Notes: generated from the sequence alone by a model not told the origin. A stretch of DNA of 34,548 nucleotides from a bacterium (GCA_046096085.1 JBJTJS010000267.1:1-34548); one strand, 5' to 3'; positions 6,879 to 22,669 are shown, counted from the stretch's first letter. Made by a program: numbers and translations.

Positions 6879-7934
6879 TCACCCGCCCACCAGGGCGGTC
6901 ACGGCAGCCACCCCGTCGGGTTCCACCACCGCCCGCTCGGTGACGATGGCCGAGACGTACCGCGCGGGCGTCACGTCGAACGCAGGGTTGAAGCCCGCGG
7001 TGCCCCCCGGCGTGACGCAGGAGCCGGCGTACGACGTCACCTCCGCGCCATCGCGCAGCTCGATCTCGATGCGCGACCCGTCCGAGGTCGACATGTCGAC
7101 CGTCGAGGACGGCGCTGCCACGACGAAGGGGACCCCCGCGGCATCGCAGGCGAGGGCCACGCCGACCGAGCCGATCTTGTTGGCCGTGTCGCCGTTGCGC
7201 GCGATGCGGTCGGCCCCGATGATCGCGACGTCGACGAGGCCGCGCAGGATCGTCGACGCCGCGGCCCCATCGGCCTGCACCACGTGCGGAATGCCCAGTC
7301 GCGCGCACTCCCATGCGGTGAGCCTCGCCCCCTGCAAGAGCGGCCGGGTCTCGTCCGCGTACACGAGCTCCAGATCGCCGCACTCGAAGATCTCGCGGAC
7401 GATGCCGAACGCCGTCCCCCAGCCCGTCGTCGCCAGCGCCCCGGTGTTGCAGTGCGTGAGGATCCGCAGCGGCCGGCGCCCGACCCGGGCCAGGATCCAA
7501 TCGGCACCGCGACGCGACAGTTCCCGGTTGGCCGCGGTGTCCTCCGCGACGATCTGCGCGGCCTCGGCCAGCACGGCGTCGACGCCGTCCGAGGTGCGGG
7601 GGCGGACCCGGTCCACTCCCCAGGCGAGGTTCACCGCCGTGGGCCGCGCGTCGCGAATGCGCAGGATCTCGCCGTCGAGGCGCTCGGCGTCCCAGCCCTC
7701 GGCCTCGGACTGCAGGAGGGCGACGGCCACGCCGTAGGCGCCCACGGCCCCGAGGGCGGGCGCCCCCCTGACCACCAGCCTGCGCACGCAGTCCACGACG
7801 GCGTCGACGGTCCGGCACTCGACGTAGGCCTCCCGCGCGGGCAGGAGCGTCTGGTCGAGGAGGACGAGCGCGCCATCGCGCCACTGCACCGCGCGCACCT
7901 CGTCGCGGAGGTCACGGGACATCGACGGCGACAT
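6879..7934 (-). CDS. mtnA: S-methyl-5-thioribose-1-phosphate isomerase (eIF-2B alpha/beta/delta-like family), 351 aa
   Basis: VQWRDGALVLLDQTLLP, VRGAPALGA, RPTAVNL, ILTHCNTGALATTGWGTA, ADETRPLLQGARLTAWE, GADRIARNGDTANKIG, NPAFDVTP. These are classic MtnA motifs. ATG 7932-7934 is 2 nt after the mutase stop. An alternative ATG lies at 7922. Confidence 0.9.
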   Translation of the reverse strand: MSPSMSRDLRDEVRAVQWRDGALVLLDQTLLPAREAYVECRTVDAVVDCVRRLVVRGAPALGAVGAYGVAVALLQSEAEGWDAERLDGEILRIRDARPTAVNLAWGVDRVRPRTSDGVDAVLAEAAQIVAEDTAANRELSRRGADWILARVGRRPLRILTHCNTGALATTGWGTAFGIVREIFECGDLELVYADETRPLLQGARLTAWECARLGIPHVVQADGAAASTILRGLVDVAIIGADRIARNGDTANKIGSVGVALACDAAGVPFVVAAPSSTVDMSTSDGSRIEIELRDGAEVTSYAGSCVTPGGTAGFNPAFDVTPARYVSAIVTERAVVEPDGVAAVTALVGG

Positions 7935-7936
7935 CG

Positions 7937-9511
<1,575 letters not shown>

Positions 9512-9554
9512 GGTGAGCCTCCCGGAGCGAACGCGCGGCGAGCGCCGCACCCGC

Positions 9555-9560
9555 AGCCTA
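9555..9560 (-). promoter_or_regulatory. Candidate -10 hexamer TAGGCT upstream of the mutase large subunit, inside a motif shared with the mutase small-subunit upstream region
   Basis: The minus strand reads CGCCCTAGGCTG-c-GGGTGCG, 43 nt upstream of ATG 9511. The same 12-mer and the GGGTGCG block recur at 29543-29564. Confidence 0.3.
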
Positions 9561-9677
9561 GGGCGCGGTCCCCGCCCCGGGGGCGCGACCTCGCTCACCC
9601 CGTCCTGCCGAGACCCCCCGCCCGCACTACGATGAGGGGCACACCGCTGTGTTCGCAGCGTCGCGAGAGGAGGCACC

Positions 9678-10073
9678 GTGGCAACCACGCCCGTGGGCAC
9701 CCTGTACCGGGGTGGCGAGGGCATGTGGTCCTGGGTGGCGCAGCGGATCACCGGCATCGCGGTGTTCTTCTTCCTCTACGTCCACGTGCTCGACACGGCC
9801 CTCGTCCGGGTCTCCCCGGAGGCCTATGACCTCGTGATCGCGACCTACAAGACGCCGATCGTCAACCTCCTCGAGGTCGGCCTGGTCGGCGCCGTGCTCT
9901 ACCACGCGCTCAACGGCCTTCGGGTCATCGCGGTGGACTTCTGGTCGCGCGGCCCGCGCTACCAGCGGCAGATGCTGTGGGGCATCGTCGCGGTGTGGGT
10001 CCTCGTGATGGTCCCGGGGACGTACTTCATGCTCAAGCACACCGTCGAGGCACTCCTCGGGGCCACCCCATGA
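9678..10073 (+). CDS. sdhC: Succinate dehydrogenase cytochrome b subunit, 131 aa
   Basis: The hydrophobic 3-TM pattern ([23 protein letters not shown]...[11 protein letters not shown]) is typical of actinobacterial SdhC. GTG start with a GAGAGGAGG SD upstream. First gene of sdhCDAB. Confidence 0.8.
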   Translation: MATTPVGTLYRGGEGMWSWVAQRITGIAVFFFLYVHVLDTALVRVSPEAYDLVIATYKTPIVNLLEVGLVGAVLYHALNGLRVIAVDFWSRGPRYQRQMLWGIVAVWVLVMVPGTYFMLKHTVEALLGATP

Positions 10074-10483
10074 GCGTCACCGACCGCAACCTCGACCTCG
10101 GCGCCCCCCGCAGCCGCCGGAACCGCCAGCGCAGCAACTACGAACTCTACGCCTGGGTGTTCATGCGGGTGTCCGGCATCGTGCTGGTGTTCCTTGTGCT
10201 CGGGCACCTCTTCATCATGAACATCCTCGACGGCGGCGTGCAGCGCATCAACTTCGCCTTCGTGGCGGGTCGCTGGGCCAGCCCCTTCTGGCAGGCCTGG
10301 GACCTCGTCATGCTCTGGCTCGCCATGCTCCACGGCACCAACGGCCTGCGCACGATCATCAACGACTACGCGGAGCGCGACCAGACCCGCTTCTGGCTCA
10401 AGATGCTCCTCTACGTCTCCTCAGCATTCATCATCCTCCTCGGGACTCTCGTCATCTTCACCTTCGATCCGAACATCGGCTAG
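10070..10483 (+). CDS. sdhD: Succinate dehydrogenase hydrophobic membrane anchor subunit, 137 aa
   Basis: C-terminal 137 aa of ORF 9977..10483: [15 protein letters not shown]...YAWVFMRVSGIVLVFLVLGHLF...LHGTNGLRTIINDY. ATG 10070 overlaps the sdhC stop (ATGA). Confidence 0.8.
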   Translation: MSVTDRNLDLGAPRSRRNRQRSNYELYAWVFMRVSGIVLVFLVLGHLFIMNILDGGVQRINFAFVAGRWASPFWQAWDLVMLWLAMLHGTNGLRTIINDYAERDQTRFWLKMLLYVSSAFIILLGTLVIFTFDPNIG

Positions 10484-10491
10484 GGAGAGCG

Positions 10492-12245
<1,754 letters not shown>

Positions 12246-12246
<1 letters not shown>

Positions 12247-12992
12247 TGACCGCCACCGCCGAGGCCCCCGACACGCGGATCGAGCCGACCGACGTCACCT
12301 TCAAGATCCGCCGATACATCCCGGAGACCGACGAGGAGCCGCACTGGGAGACGTACGTCGTCTCCGTGTACCCCACCGACCGCGTGCTCGACGCGCTCAT
12401 GAAGATCAAGGGGGAGCAGGACGGCACTCTCACCTTCCGCCGCTCCTGCGGTCACGGCATCTGCGGCTCCGACGCCATGCGCATCAACGGCCGCAACCGG
12501 CTCGCCTGCAAGACCCTCATCAAGGACCTGGGCACGAGCGGGGAGATCGTCGTCGAGGCGATCAAGGGCCTGCCGCTCGAGAAGGACCTCGTCGTGGACA
12601 TGGAGCCCTTCTTCGACGCCTACAAGGCGGTGAAGCCCTACCTCATCACCGACGGCCACGAGCCCTCCAAGGAGCGCCTGCAGTCCGCGGAGGAGCGCGC
12701 CGCCTTCGACGACACGACCAAGTGCATCCTCTGCGCGGCGTGCACGACGTCCTGCCCGGTCTACTGGACCGACGGCGACTACTTCGGGCCGGCCGCGATC
12801 GTCGCGGCGCACCGGTTCATCTTCGACTCGCGCGACGCCGGCACCGAGGAACGGCTGGAGATCCTCAACGACCGCGAGGGGGTGTGGCGCTGCCGGACGA
12901 CGTTCAACTGCTCCGAGGCCTGCCCCCGCGGCATCGAGGTGACCCAGGCGATCCAGCAGGTCAAGCGCGCCCTCCTCTTCCGGCGCTTCTGA
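12246..12992 (+). CDS. sdhB: Succinate dehydrogenase iron-sulfur subunit, 248 aa
   Basis: Last 248 aa of ORF 10641..12992: MTATAEAPD...CGHGICGSDAMRINGRNRLAC (2Fe-2S), CILCAACTTSCP (4Fe-4S), CRTTFNCSEACP (3Fe-4S). ATG 12246 overlaps the sdhA stop (TGATG). Confidence 0.95.
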
Positions 12993-13068
12993 CGCCGGCC
13001 GCCCCTAGGCCGCGGTCGCTGACCGATTCACGGCGCGTCTGAGCAGGCCATCCCGTCCGGCCCCGGGT

Positions 13069-13074
13069 TAGCCT
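13069..13074 (+). promoter_or_regulatory. Candidate -10 hexamer TAGCCT, 8 nt upstream of the carboxypeptidase ATG (possible leaderless or near-leaderless mRNA)
   Basis: ggTTAGCCTtttgcatcATG, with no SD between the hexamer and ATG 13083. Confidence 0.3.
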
Positions 13075-13082
13075 TTTGCATC

Positions 13083-14369
13083 ATGCGCCGCACCCTCGTC
13101 TGCGCCGCGGCCCTCGCCGTCGGCCTCCTCGCCGCGGGCACGCCCGCCGCCCAGGCCGAGCCGATCGGCGGCGCCCAGCTCGCCGGCAAGGACGTCATCG
13201 TCGACCCGGGTCCGGGGGCGGACCCCCTGCCCGACGTCCCGGCCAGCGCCTGGGTGATCGCCGACCTCGACACCGGCGCCATCCTCGCGGCCAAGGCGCC
13301 TCACGTCCCCAGGCCGCCGGCCAGCACCCTCAAGACCCTCACCGCCCTGACCCTCATCCCGCGCATGGACCCCGACGAGGTCTACACCGTCACCTACGAC
13401 GACATCGCCATCGAGGGCAGCCGCGTGGGGCTGGTCGAGGACGGCACCTACACGGTCGAGGAGCTCTTCCTCGGCCTCATGCTCCAAAGCGGCAACGATG
13501 CCGCCGCCGCCCTGGCCAACGCCAACGGCGGCCTCAAGAAGACCCTCGGCGAGATGAACGAGGAGGCGCAGCGCCTCCAGGCGTTCGACACCGTCGCGAA
13601 GACTCCGAGCGGCCTCCCCGCCGACGGTCAGGTGACGTCGGCGTACGACCTTGCCCTGATCGCGCGCGAGGGACTGTCCCGGCAGGACTTCCTCGACATC
13701 ACCGGGACCATCGAGGTCCTCGACTACCCCGGCTACATGCCCGACGAGCCCGGCGGCAAGCGCGAGACCTTCGCCATCGCGAACCAGAACCCGCTGCTCA
13801 ACCCCATCGACGGCAACGAGCCCTACGAGGGGGCCATCGGCGGCAAGACCGGCTGGACGACCGAGGCCGGCAAGACGTTCATGGGGGCGGCCGAGCGCAA
13901 GGGAATGCGCCTGGTCGTGACGCTGCTCAACTTCGCGATCCCGACGTACGACGCCGCCGCCCCCCTCCTCGACTGGGGATTCGCCAACGCCGACAAGGTG
14001 ACCCCGATCGGCTACCTGGTCGATCCCGTGGCCCCCGCCTTCGACGAACCGCCCGCCCCGGCGACCCCCGATGGAGCGGGAGCCGGCGAAGCTCAGGAGG
14101 GCTCCCCGACCGCGGAGCAGGGCACGACGGGAGCCGCGGAGCCGGGCGCTCCCGTGGCCGCGGGCGCGTCGATCGCCGCCGCGGGCTCGTGGACCTCGGG
14201 GTGGGCCTGGGGGCTCATCGCCGCGATGGCCGTCGGAGTCCTGCTCATCGTCCTGGGGATCCGCAGCCTGAGGGACAACTCGCGTGGACGGCGCGCCCGC
14301 CCGCGCGGCGACGGCGGCGACGGCCAGGGCGCCGAGGGCCGCGAGCGCGAGCCCGCCGGACACGCGTAG
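13083..14369 (+). CDS. Serine-type D-alanyl-D-alanine carboxypeptidase (peptidase S11, PBP5/DacB-like) with signal peptide and C-terminal TM anchor, 428 aa
   Basis: Signal peptide MRRTLVCAAALAVGLLAAGTPAAQA. SxxK = ASTLK, SxN = QSGNDAA, KTG = GKTGWT. Pro/Ala-rich linker, then a TM helix WAWGLIAAMAVGVLLIVLGI. Confidence 0.85.
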   Translation: MRRTLVCAAALAVGLLAAGTPAAQAEPIGGAQLAGKDVIVDPGPGADPLPDVPASAWVIADLDTGAILAAKAPHVPRPPASTLKTLTALTLIPRMDPDEVYTVTYDDIAIEGSRVGLVEDGTYTVEELFLGLMLQSGNDAAAALANANGGLKKTLGEMNEEAQRLQAFDTVAKTPSGLPADGQVTSAYDLALIAREGLSRQDFLDITGTIEVLDYPGYMPDEPGGKRETFAIANQNPLLNPIDGNEPYEGAIGGKTGWTTEAGKTFMGAAERKGMRLVVTLLNFAIPTYDAAAPLLDWGFANADKVTPIGYLVDPVAPAFDEPPAPATPDGAGAGEAQEGSPTAEQGTTGAAEPGAPVAAGASIAAAGSWTSGWAWGLIAAMAVGVLLIVLGIRSLRDNSRGRRARPRGDGGDGQGAEGREREPAGHA

Positions 14370-14379
14370 CAGGTCCCCC

Positions 14380-15944
<1,565 letters not shown>

Positions 15945-17240
15945 TCAGCCCTGATCCGCCTCGTCGGCGACCGGCTCGGGCAGCGGCACCACCTGGATCC
16001 GGGCGATGCGCCTCCCGTCGAGCTCGGTCACCGTGAGGCGGTGGCCGCCCTCGTCGACGGAGGACCCGACGGTGGGAAGGGCGCCCAGCCGGGACACCAG
16101 GAAGCCGGCGGCCGTCTCGTACGGCCCCTCCGGGAGGTCCACCCCGGTCTCCTCGGCGAAGTCCTCGAGGTTGAGCAGGCCGTCGACGTCGCTGGCGGGA
16201 CCCACCCGAACGACGTCGTACTCGTCGCGGATGTCGCCGACGAGCTCCTCGACGAGATCCTCCAGCGTCACGATGCCCGCGGTGCCGCCGTACTCGTCCA
16301 CGACGATGGCGAGGTGCTGCCTCTGCCGCCGCATCTCGGTGAGCGCGGGGATCACCTGCTTGGTCCCCGGGAAGAAGACCACGGGCCGGGACAGCCGGCC
16401 CACGTTGCGCGACCTCAGCGCGGCGTCGGGGGCGAGGATGTCGCGGATGTGGACGACGCCGATGACATCGTCCACCGAGTCGCGGATGACCGGGTAGCGC
16501 GAGTGCGGAGCGGCGGCCACCGCGGCCGCCGCCTCGGCCACGGGGATGCTGCCCTCCAGGAACGCCACCTCGGTGCGCGGGAGCATCACCTCGCGCAGTT
16601 CGCGATCGCCGGCATCGAACACGTCGTCGATGAGCGCGCGCTCCTCCGCGGTGAGGTCCTCGTGAGCCGCCACGATGTCACGCAGCTCCTCGCCGGTGAT
16701 CTGCTCCTTGCTCGTCTCCGGATTGCCGCCGAGAAGACGCACGACCCCGTTGGTGGACACCGATAGCAGCCAGATGAAGGGCCGCGTGACGCGCGCCAGG
16801 AGGTTGACGGGGCCGGCGAGGAGCAGCGCGGTGGACTCGGCGCGCTGCAGGGCGATGCGCTTGGGGACGAGCTCCCCGAGCACCAGCGACACGTAGGCGA
16901 TGACCACGGTGACGCCGACGAAGGCGATGACGGACGCCCATCCCTCGCTGAGACCCCAGGACTCGAGCACCGGAACGAGGACGGGGACGATCTGCGCGGC
17001 TCCGAAGCCGGCCGAGATGAACCCCGCGAGGGTGACCCCGACCTGCACCGCCGCGAGGAACCGGTTGGGATCCGCGGCCAGCGCGGCGACCGAGCGCCCG
17101 CGGCGCCCGCGCGAGGCGAGCCGCTCCACCTGGCTCTCGCGCAGGGACACCAGGGCGATCTCGGCCGCGGCGAAGAAGCCGCCCAGGAGGATGAAGAAGA
17201 GCACCAGGGCGATGTTCACCCAGATGCTGTCCACCGTCAC
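15945..17240 (-). CDS. CNNM/CorC/TlyC-family membrane protein (DUF21 + CBS pair + CorC_HlyC), 431 aa
   Basis: ILLGGFFAAAEIALVSL (DUF21), CBS region (REVMLPRTEVAFL...SRYPVI...VVHIRDIL), C-terminal transporter-associated domain (VDGLLNLEDF...GHRLTVTELDGRRI). Confidence 0.85.
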   Translation of the reverse strand: MTVDSIWVNIALVLFFILLGGFFAAAEIALVSLRESQVERLASRGRRGRSVAALAADPNRFLAAVQVGVTLAGFISAGFGAAQIVPVLVPVLESWGLSEGWASVIAFVGVTVVIAYVSLVLGELVPKRIALQRAESTALLLAGPVNLLARVTRPFIWLLSVSTNGVVRLLGGNPETSKEQITGEELRDIVAAHEDLTAEERALIDDVFDAGDRELREVMLPRTEVAFLEGSIPVAEAAAAVAAAPHSRYPVIRDSVDDVIGVVHIRDILAPDAALRSRNVGRLSRPVVFFPGTKQVIPALTEMRRQRQHLAIVVDEYGGTAGIVTLEDLVEELVGDIRDEYDVVRVGPASDVDGLLNLEDFAEETGVDLPEGPYETAAGFLVSRLGALPTVGSSVDEGGHRLTVTELDGRRIARIQVVPLPEPVADEADQG

Positions 17241-17258
17241 AGGATAGGGCGGTGGCCC

Positions 17259-18104
17259 TCAGGCGAACGTCACCGTGAGGGGAGCGTGGTCGCTCCACCT
17301 CTCGGCATACGTCGGGGCCTTGCCGACCCGGGCACCCGTGGATCGCTCGGCGAGCCCCGGGGTCGCGACCTGGTAGTCGATGCGCCAGCCGCCGTCGGTG
17401 GCGAATCCGCGCCCCCGCCAGGGCCACCAGGTGTAGGGGCCCGGGCCCTCCCCTCCCCACAACCGGCCCAGGTCGCGCCAGGGGCCCGGAGGCCCGCCGA
17501 CCGGGCCGAACCAGCGGTCGAGGTAGGCCCGCTCCCCGGGCAGGAAGCCCGCGCTGTCCCGGTTCGCGCGCCAGTTCTTGATGTCGATCTCGGCCTGGGC
17601 CACGTTGAAGTCCCCGGCGACGAGCACGTGCCCCTTCCTGCGCGCCGCGCGGCGCCGCAGCGCAGCCAGCCGCTTGTCCATCGCGTCGAGGAAGCGGTAC
17701 TTCTCGTCCTGACGAGGCGTCCCGGCCTCTCCGGTGTGCACGTACGCCGACACCACGGTCATGGTTCCGACGGGTGTCTCCACGTCGACCTCGATCCACC
17801 GGCCCTGCCGGGCGAATTCCGGCGGGCCGACGCCCTCGCGGACCGCGGCCGGCTGGGCCCTCGTGAGCACGGCGACGCCGTTGCGGCCCAGGCTCTCCGA
17901 CGCACTGTGCGACACGTGCAGGTGCGCGAGCCCGCTCACGGACACCTGCTCATGAACCTGGTCATGGGTCGCGCGCACCTCTTGCAGGAACACGATGTCC
18001 GCGTCGAGGCCGGCAAGCCACTCAAGGCCGCCACGGCGAGCGGCCGCGCGGATGCCATTGACGTTGGCGGTGACCGTGGTGAAGCCCCGGGCCTTGCGCG
18101 GCAT
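17259..18104 (-). CDS. xthA: Exodeoxyribonuclease III / AP endonuclease (EEP family), 281 aa
   Basis: TANVNGIRAA, DIVFLQEVR, VSAYVHTG, GDFNVA, RIDY, WSDHAPLTVTF. These are the canonical ExoIII motifs. Confidence 0.85.
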   Translation of the reverse strand: MPRKARGFTTVTANVNGIRAAARRGGLEWLAGLDADIVFLQEVRATHDQVHEQVSVSGLAHLHVSHSASESLGRNGVAVLTRAQPAAVREGVGPPEFARQGRWIEVDVETPVGTMTVVSAYVHTGEAGTPRQDEKYRFLDAMDKRLAALRRRAARRKGHVLVAGDFNVAQAEIDIKNWRANRDSAGFLPGERAYLDRWFGPVGGPPGPWRDLGRLWGGEGPGPYTWWPWRGRGFATDGGWRIDYQVATPGLAERSTGARVGKAPTYAERWSDHAPLTVTFA

Positions 18105-18110
18105 GACGTG

Positions 18111-18116
18111 AGGCTA
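18111..18116 (-). promoter_or_regulatory. Candidate -10 hexamer TAGCCT, 6 nt upstream of the xthA ATG and overlapping the icd stop codon
   Basis: The minus strand reads cTAGCCTcacgtcATG. No SD is present. The TAG of the hexamer is the icd stop (18114-18116). Confidence 0.3.
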
Positions 18117-19340
18117 GGCCATCGCCTTCTGGAGATTGGCGTCGATCGCGGCCAGGAAGTCCTGGGTGGTCAGCCAGGGCTGGTCGGGCCCGATGAGAAG
18201 GGCGAGGTCCTTGGTCATCTTCCCCTCCTCGACGGTCTCGACGCACACGCGCTCGAGCGTCCGGGCGAAGCCGGACACGTCCGGCGTGGCATCGAGCTTG
18301 CCGCGGTGCTCCAGTCCCTGGGTCCAGGCGAAGATCGAGGCGATCGGGTTGGTGGACGTCGGCTGGCCCTTCTGGTGCTGCCGGTAGTGGCGCGTGACCG
18401 TCCCGTGGGCGGCCTCCGCCTCGACGGTCCTGCCGTCCGGGGTCATGAGGACGCTCGTCATCAGCCCGAGGGACCCGAATCCCTGCGCGACGGTGTCGGA
18501 CTGCACGTCCCCGTCGTAGTTCTTGCACGCCCAGACGTAGCCGCCCTCCCACTTGAGCGCGCTCGCCACCATGTCGTCGATGAGACGGTGCTCGTACGTG
18601 AGCCCCGCGGCCTCGAACTCCGCCTTGAACTCGGCATCGAAGACCTCGGCGAAGATGTCCTTGAAGCGCCCGTCGTAGGCCTTGAGGATCGTGTTCTTGG
18701 TGGACATGTAGACGGGGTAGCCCCGGGACAGCCCGTAGCGGAACGAGGCCCGGGCGAAGTCGCGGATCGACTCGTCGAGGTTGTACATGCCCATGGCGAC
18801 GCCCGCGCCGGTGAAGTCGAAGACGTTGAACTCCACGGGGGCCGAGCCGTCGGCCGGGGTGAAGGTCATCGTGAGGGTCCCGGCGCCCGGGACCTTGAAG
18901 TCCGTGGCGCGGTACTGGTCGCCGAACGCGTGACGACCGACCACGATCGGCTTCGTCCAGCCCGGGACGAGACGGGGGATGTTGCTGATGATGATGGGCT
19001 CGCGGAAGATCACGCCGCCGAGGATGTTGCGGATGGTCCCGTTCGGGGACTTCCACATCTTCTTGAGCCCGAACTCCTCCACCCGGGCCTCGTCGGGGGT
19101 GATCGTCGCGCACTTGACGCCGACGCCGTACTCCTGGATCGCATGGGCGGCGTCGATCGTCACCTGGTCATCGGTCGCGTCGCGGTACTCGATGCCGAGG
19201 TCGTAGTACTTCAGGTCAATGTCCAGATACGGCAGGATCAACTGATCCTTGATGAACTGCCAGATGATGCGCGTCATCTCGTCGCCGTCGAGCTCGACGA
19301 CCGGATTGAGAACCTTGATCTTCGCCACGTTCGGGGTCAC
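18114..19340 (-). CDS. icd: NADP-dependent isocitrate dehydrogenase, homodimeric eukaryote-like type, 408 aa
   Basis: [73 protein letters not shown]. These are unmistakable IDH1/2-type motifs. Confidence 0.95.
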   Translation of the reverse strand: MTPNVAKIKVLNPVVELDGDEMTRIIWQFIKDQLILPYLDIDLKYYDLGIEYRDATDDQVTIDAAHAIQEYGVGVKCATITPDEARVEEFGLKKMWKSPNGTIRNILGGVIFREPIIISNIPRLVPGWTKPIVVGRHAFGDQYRATDFKVPGAGTLTMTFTPADGSAPVEFNVFDFTGAGVAMGMYNLDESIRDFARASFRYGLSRGYPVYMSTKNTILKAYDGRFKDIFAEVFDAEFKAEFEAAGLTYEHRLIDDMVASALKWEGGYVWACKNYDGDVQSDTVAQGFGSLGLMTSVLMTPDGRTVEAEAAHGTVTRHYRQHQKGQPTSTNPIASIFAWTQGLEHRGKLDATPDVSGFARTLERVCVETVEEGKMTKDLALLIGPDQPWLTTQDFLAAIDANLQKAMA

Positions 19341-19379
19341 TTCCTCGTCTCGATGAGCCAGGGATCGATGTCTCGGGGA

Positions 19380-20757
<1,378 letters not shown>

Positions 20758-20777
20758 GGACACGCTCTCCTTCGTGC

Positions 20778-21626
20778 CTACGAGGATCTCTCGGCCGCGG
20801 CCACGACATTGGCCATGAGCATCGCGCGGGTCATGGGCCCCACGCCGCCGGGCATGGGGGCGAGGAAGCCTGCGACGTCGGCGACAGCGGGGTCGACGTC
20901 GCCGACGAGCCCGTGCTCGGTCCGGGTGATGCCGACGTCGAGAACCGCGGCCCCGGGTCGCACCATCTGCGGGGTGACGATGCCCGGGACGCCCGCGGCC
21001 GCCACGATGATGTCCGCGCGCCGCGCATGCTCGGCGACGTCACGCGTGCCGGTGTGGCAGAGGGTCACGGTCGCATTCTCGCTCTTGCGGGTGAGGAGGA
21101 GGCCCAGCGGGCGTCCCACGGTGACCCCGCGGCCGATGATCACCACCTCCGCGCCGTCGAGGGGGACGTCGTACCGACGCAGCAGGGTGACGATGCCCAG
21201 CGGCGTGCACGGCAGGGGCGCGTCGACGCCGAGCACGAGCTTGCCGAGGTTCTCCGGATGCAGCCCGTCGGCGTCCTTGGCCGGGTCGATGAGCCCGAGG
21301 ACGCGGTTGCCGTCCAGACCGCGGGGCAGCGGCAACTGGACGATGTATCCCGTGACGGCCGGGTCGGCGTTCAGGGCGTGGACGGCGTCCTCGACCTCCG
21401 CCTGCGTGGAGGTGGCCGGCATGTCCACGCGGATGGATGCCATGCCCACCTCGGCGCAGTCGCGGTGCTTGCCCGCGACATAGGCGTGGCTCCCCGGGTC
21501 GTCGCCGACGAGGACCGTCGCCAGGCCCGGCGTGATGCCCTTCGCCTTCAGGCTCTCCACGCGCATGGCAAGGTCCGCCTTCACCGCGGCCGCGGTGGCC
21601 TTGCCGTCGAGGATGGTTGCGCTCAT
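20778..21626 (-). CDS. folD: Bifunctional methylenetetrahydrofolate dehydrogenase / methenyl-THF cyclohydrolase, 282 aa
   Basis: [71 protein letters not shown] prefer ATG 21626 over the ORF-track TTG at 21635. Confidence 0.9.
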   Translation of the reverse strand: MSATILDGKATAAAVKADLAMRVESLKAKGITPGLATVLVGDDPGSHAYVAGKHRDCAEVGMASIRVDMPATSTQAEVEDAVHALNADPAVTGYIVQLPLPRGLDGNRVLGLIDPAKDADGLHPENLGKLVLGVDAPLPCTPLGIVTLLRRYDVPLDGAEVVIIGRGVTVGRPLGLLLTRKSENATVTLCHTGTRDVAEHARRADIIVAAAGVPGIVTPQMVRPGAAVLDVGITRTEHGLVGDVDPAVADVAGFLAPMPGGVGPMTRAMLMANVVAAAERSS

Positions 21627-21636
21627 GCCCGTCAAC

Positions 21637-22635
21637 CTAGCCCGCGCGAGTCACCGGGCGGCGGCTGGCTCGCCACGCGGGAATCGCCCCCACGGCGACC
21701 GCGAGCCCGGCAAGCAGGACTCCCACGACCAGCACGGGGTGGAACGTGCCCCCGGCAGTGGGGAACACCACGTCGATGACGAGTGCTCCGGACAGCTGGC
21801 CCGCGATGGACAGCAGCGCGAAGAGCAGGACCCCGAGGACCTGGACGACCCAGGATGCCGTGGCGATGAAGAGGACTCCGATGACCCCGCCGAGGTACAG
21901 CCACCAGGGCTGCGAGGGCAGGGGAGACGGGTCGTAGGACGTGAGCGCCCACGCCAGGCCGAAGGCGGAGCCGAGGAGGAGGCAGCCGAGGGAGAAGTTC
22001 ACCCAGGTGGCGGTGAACGCATTGCCGGCCGCGCGACCCACCCGGCCATTGATGGCCTGCTGCACCGCGATCGCCAGCCCGGCGACGAGCGCGGCGAGCA
22101 CGGCCGGCAGCGAGGAGGTCCCCGGCTCGCTCCACCGATCGGAGACCGCGACTCCGACCGCGGCCACCGCGAGAACCGCCGACAGGACCCGCGCCAGGGT
22201 GATGTCCTGCCGACCCGCGGGTCCCAGGCCGATCCGGTCCACGACCAGGCTGTTGGCGCTCTGCCCGGCGACGACCGCGACCGTGAAGACGGCCACCCCG
22301 ATGAGCGGCACGGTCGTGCTCTGGACCGCCACGAAAAAGCCCCCCAAGAGGCCGCCGAGCGCCTGCCACCAGCGCAGTTCGCCATGGCCCAGTGCCGTGA
22401 CGACCCGAGCCAGCCCCTCGCGCATCGGCCGCCAGGCGATCAGCATCACCGAGAGGATGATCCAGCCGCTGCCGAAGCTCACGACAGCGGCCTCGATGCC
22501 GTTGCCGGTGATGTAGGACAGCTCGCCGTTGATGCGCGACTGCAGGGCGGTCAGGCTGCCCACGGAGAATGCCGCAGCGCCGCTGAGGAGCATCAGGCGG
22601 CGGCGCCGGGGGGGCGCGGACGGCGTTGTCGGCAT
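21637..22635 (-). CDS. DMT-superfamily transporter, tandem YdcZ/DUF606-like halves, 332 aa
   Basis: About 10 predicted TM helices with an internally duplicated pattern ([10 protein letters not shown]... in the first half, [10 protein letters not shown]... in the second). No soluble domains. Confidence 0.55.
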   Translation of the reverse strand: MPTTPSAPPRRRRLMLLSGAAAFSVGSLTALQSRINGELSYITGNGIEAAVVSFGSGWIILSVMLIAWRPMREGLARVVTALGHGELRWWQALGGLLGGFFVAVQSTTVPLIGVAVFTVAVVAGQSANSLVVDRIGLGPAGRQDITLARVLSAVLAVAAVGVAVSDRWSEPGTSSLPAVLAALVAGLAIAVQQAINGRVGRAAGNAFTATWVNFSLGCLLLGSAFGLAWALTSYDPSPLPSQPWWLYLGGVIGVLFIATASWVVQVLGVLLFALLSIAGQLSGALVIDVVFPTAGGTFHPVLVVGVLLAGLAVAVGAIPAWRASRRPVTRAG

Positions 22636-22669
22636 GGTCCTCGGAATCAGTGGACGTCTACATCAACGA

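Noticed and set aside
9512-9677. Possible SAM or B12 riboswitch in the divergent region between the mutase-mtnA operon and sdhC
   Set aside because: There are only short GC hairpins (for example gcggc-gctc-gccgc). I saw nothing resembling SAM-I, SAM-IV or cobalamin riboswitch cores. The region is better explained as two divergent promoters (TAGGCT on the minus strand, TACGAT at 9628-9633 on the plus strand). A covariance-model scan would settle it.
12993-13020. Terminator hairpin after sdhB
   Set aside because: The best pairing I could find is a 5-bp stem (cggcc/ggccg) with a 7-nt loop and no U-tract. That is too weak to call.
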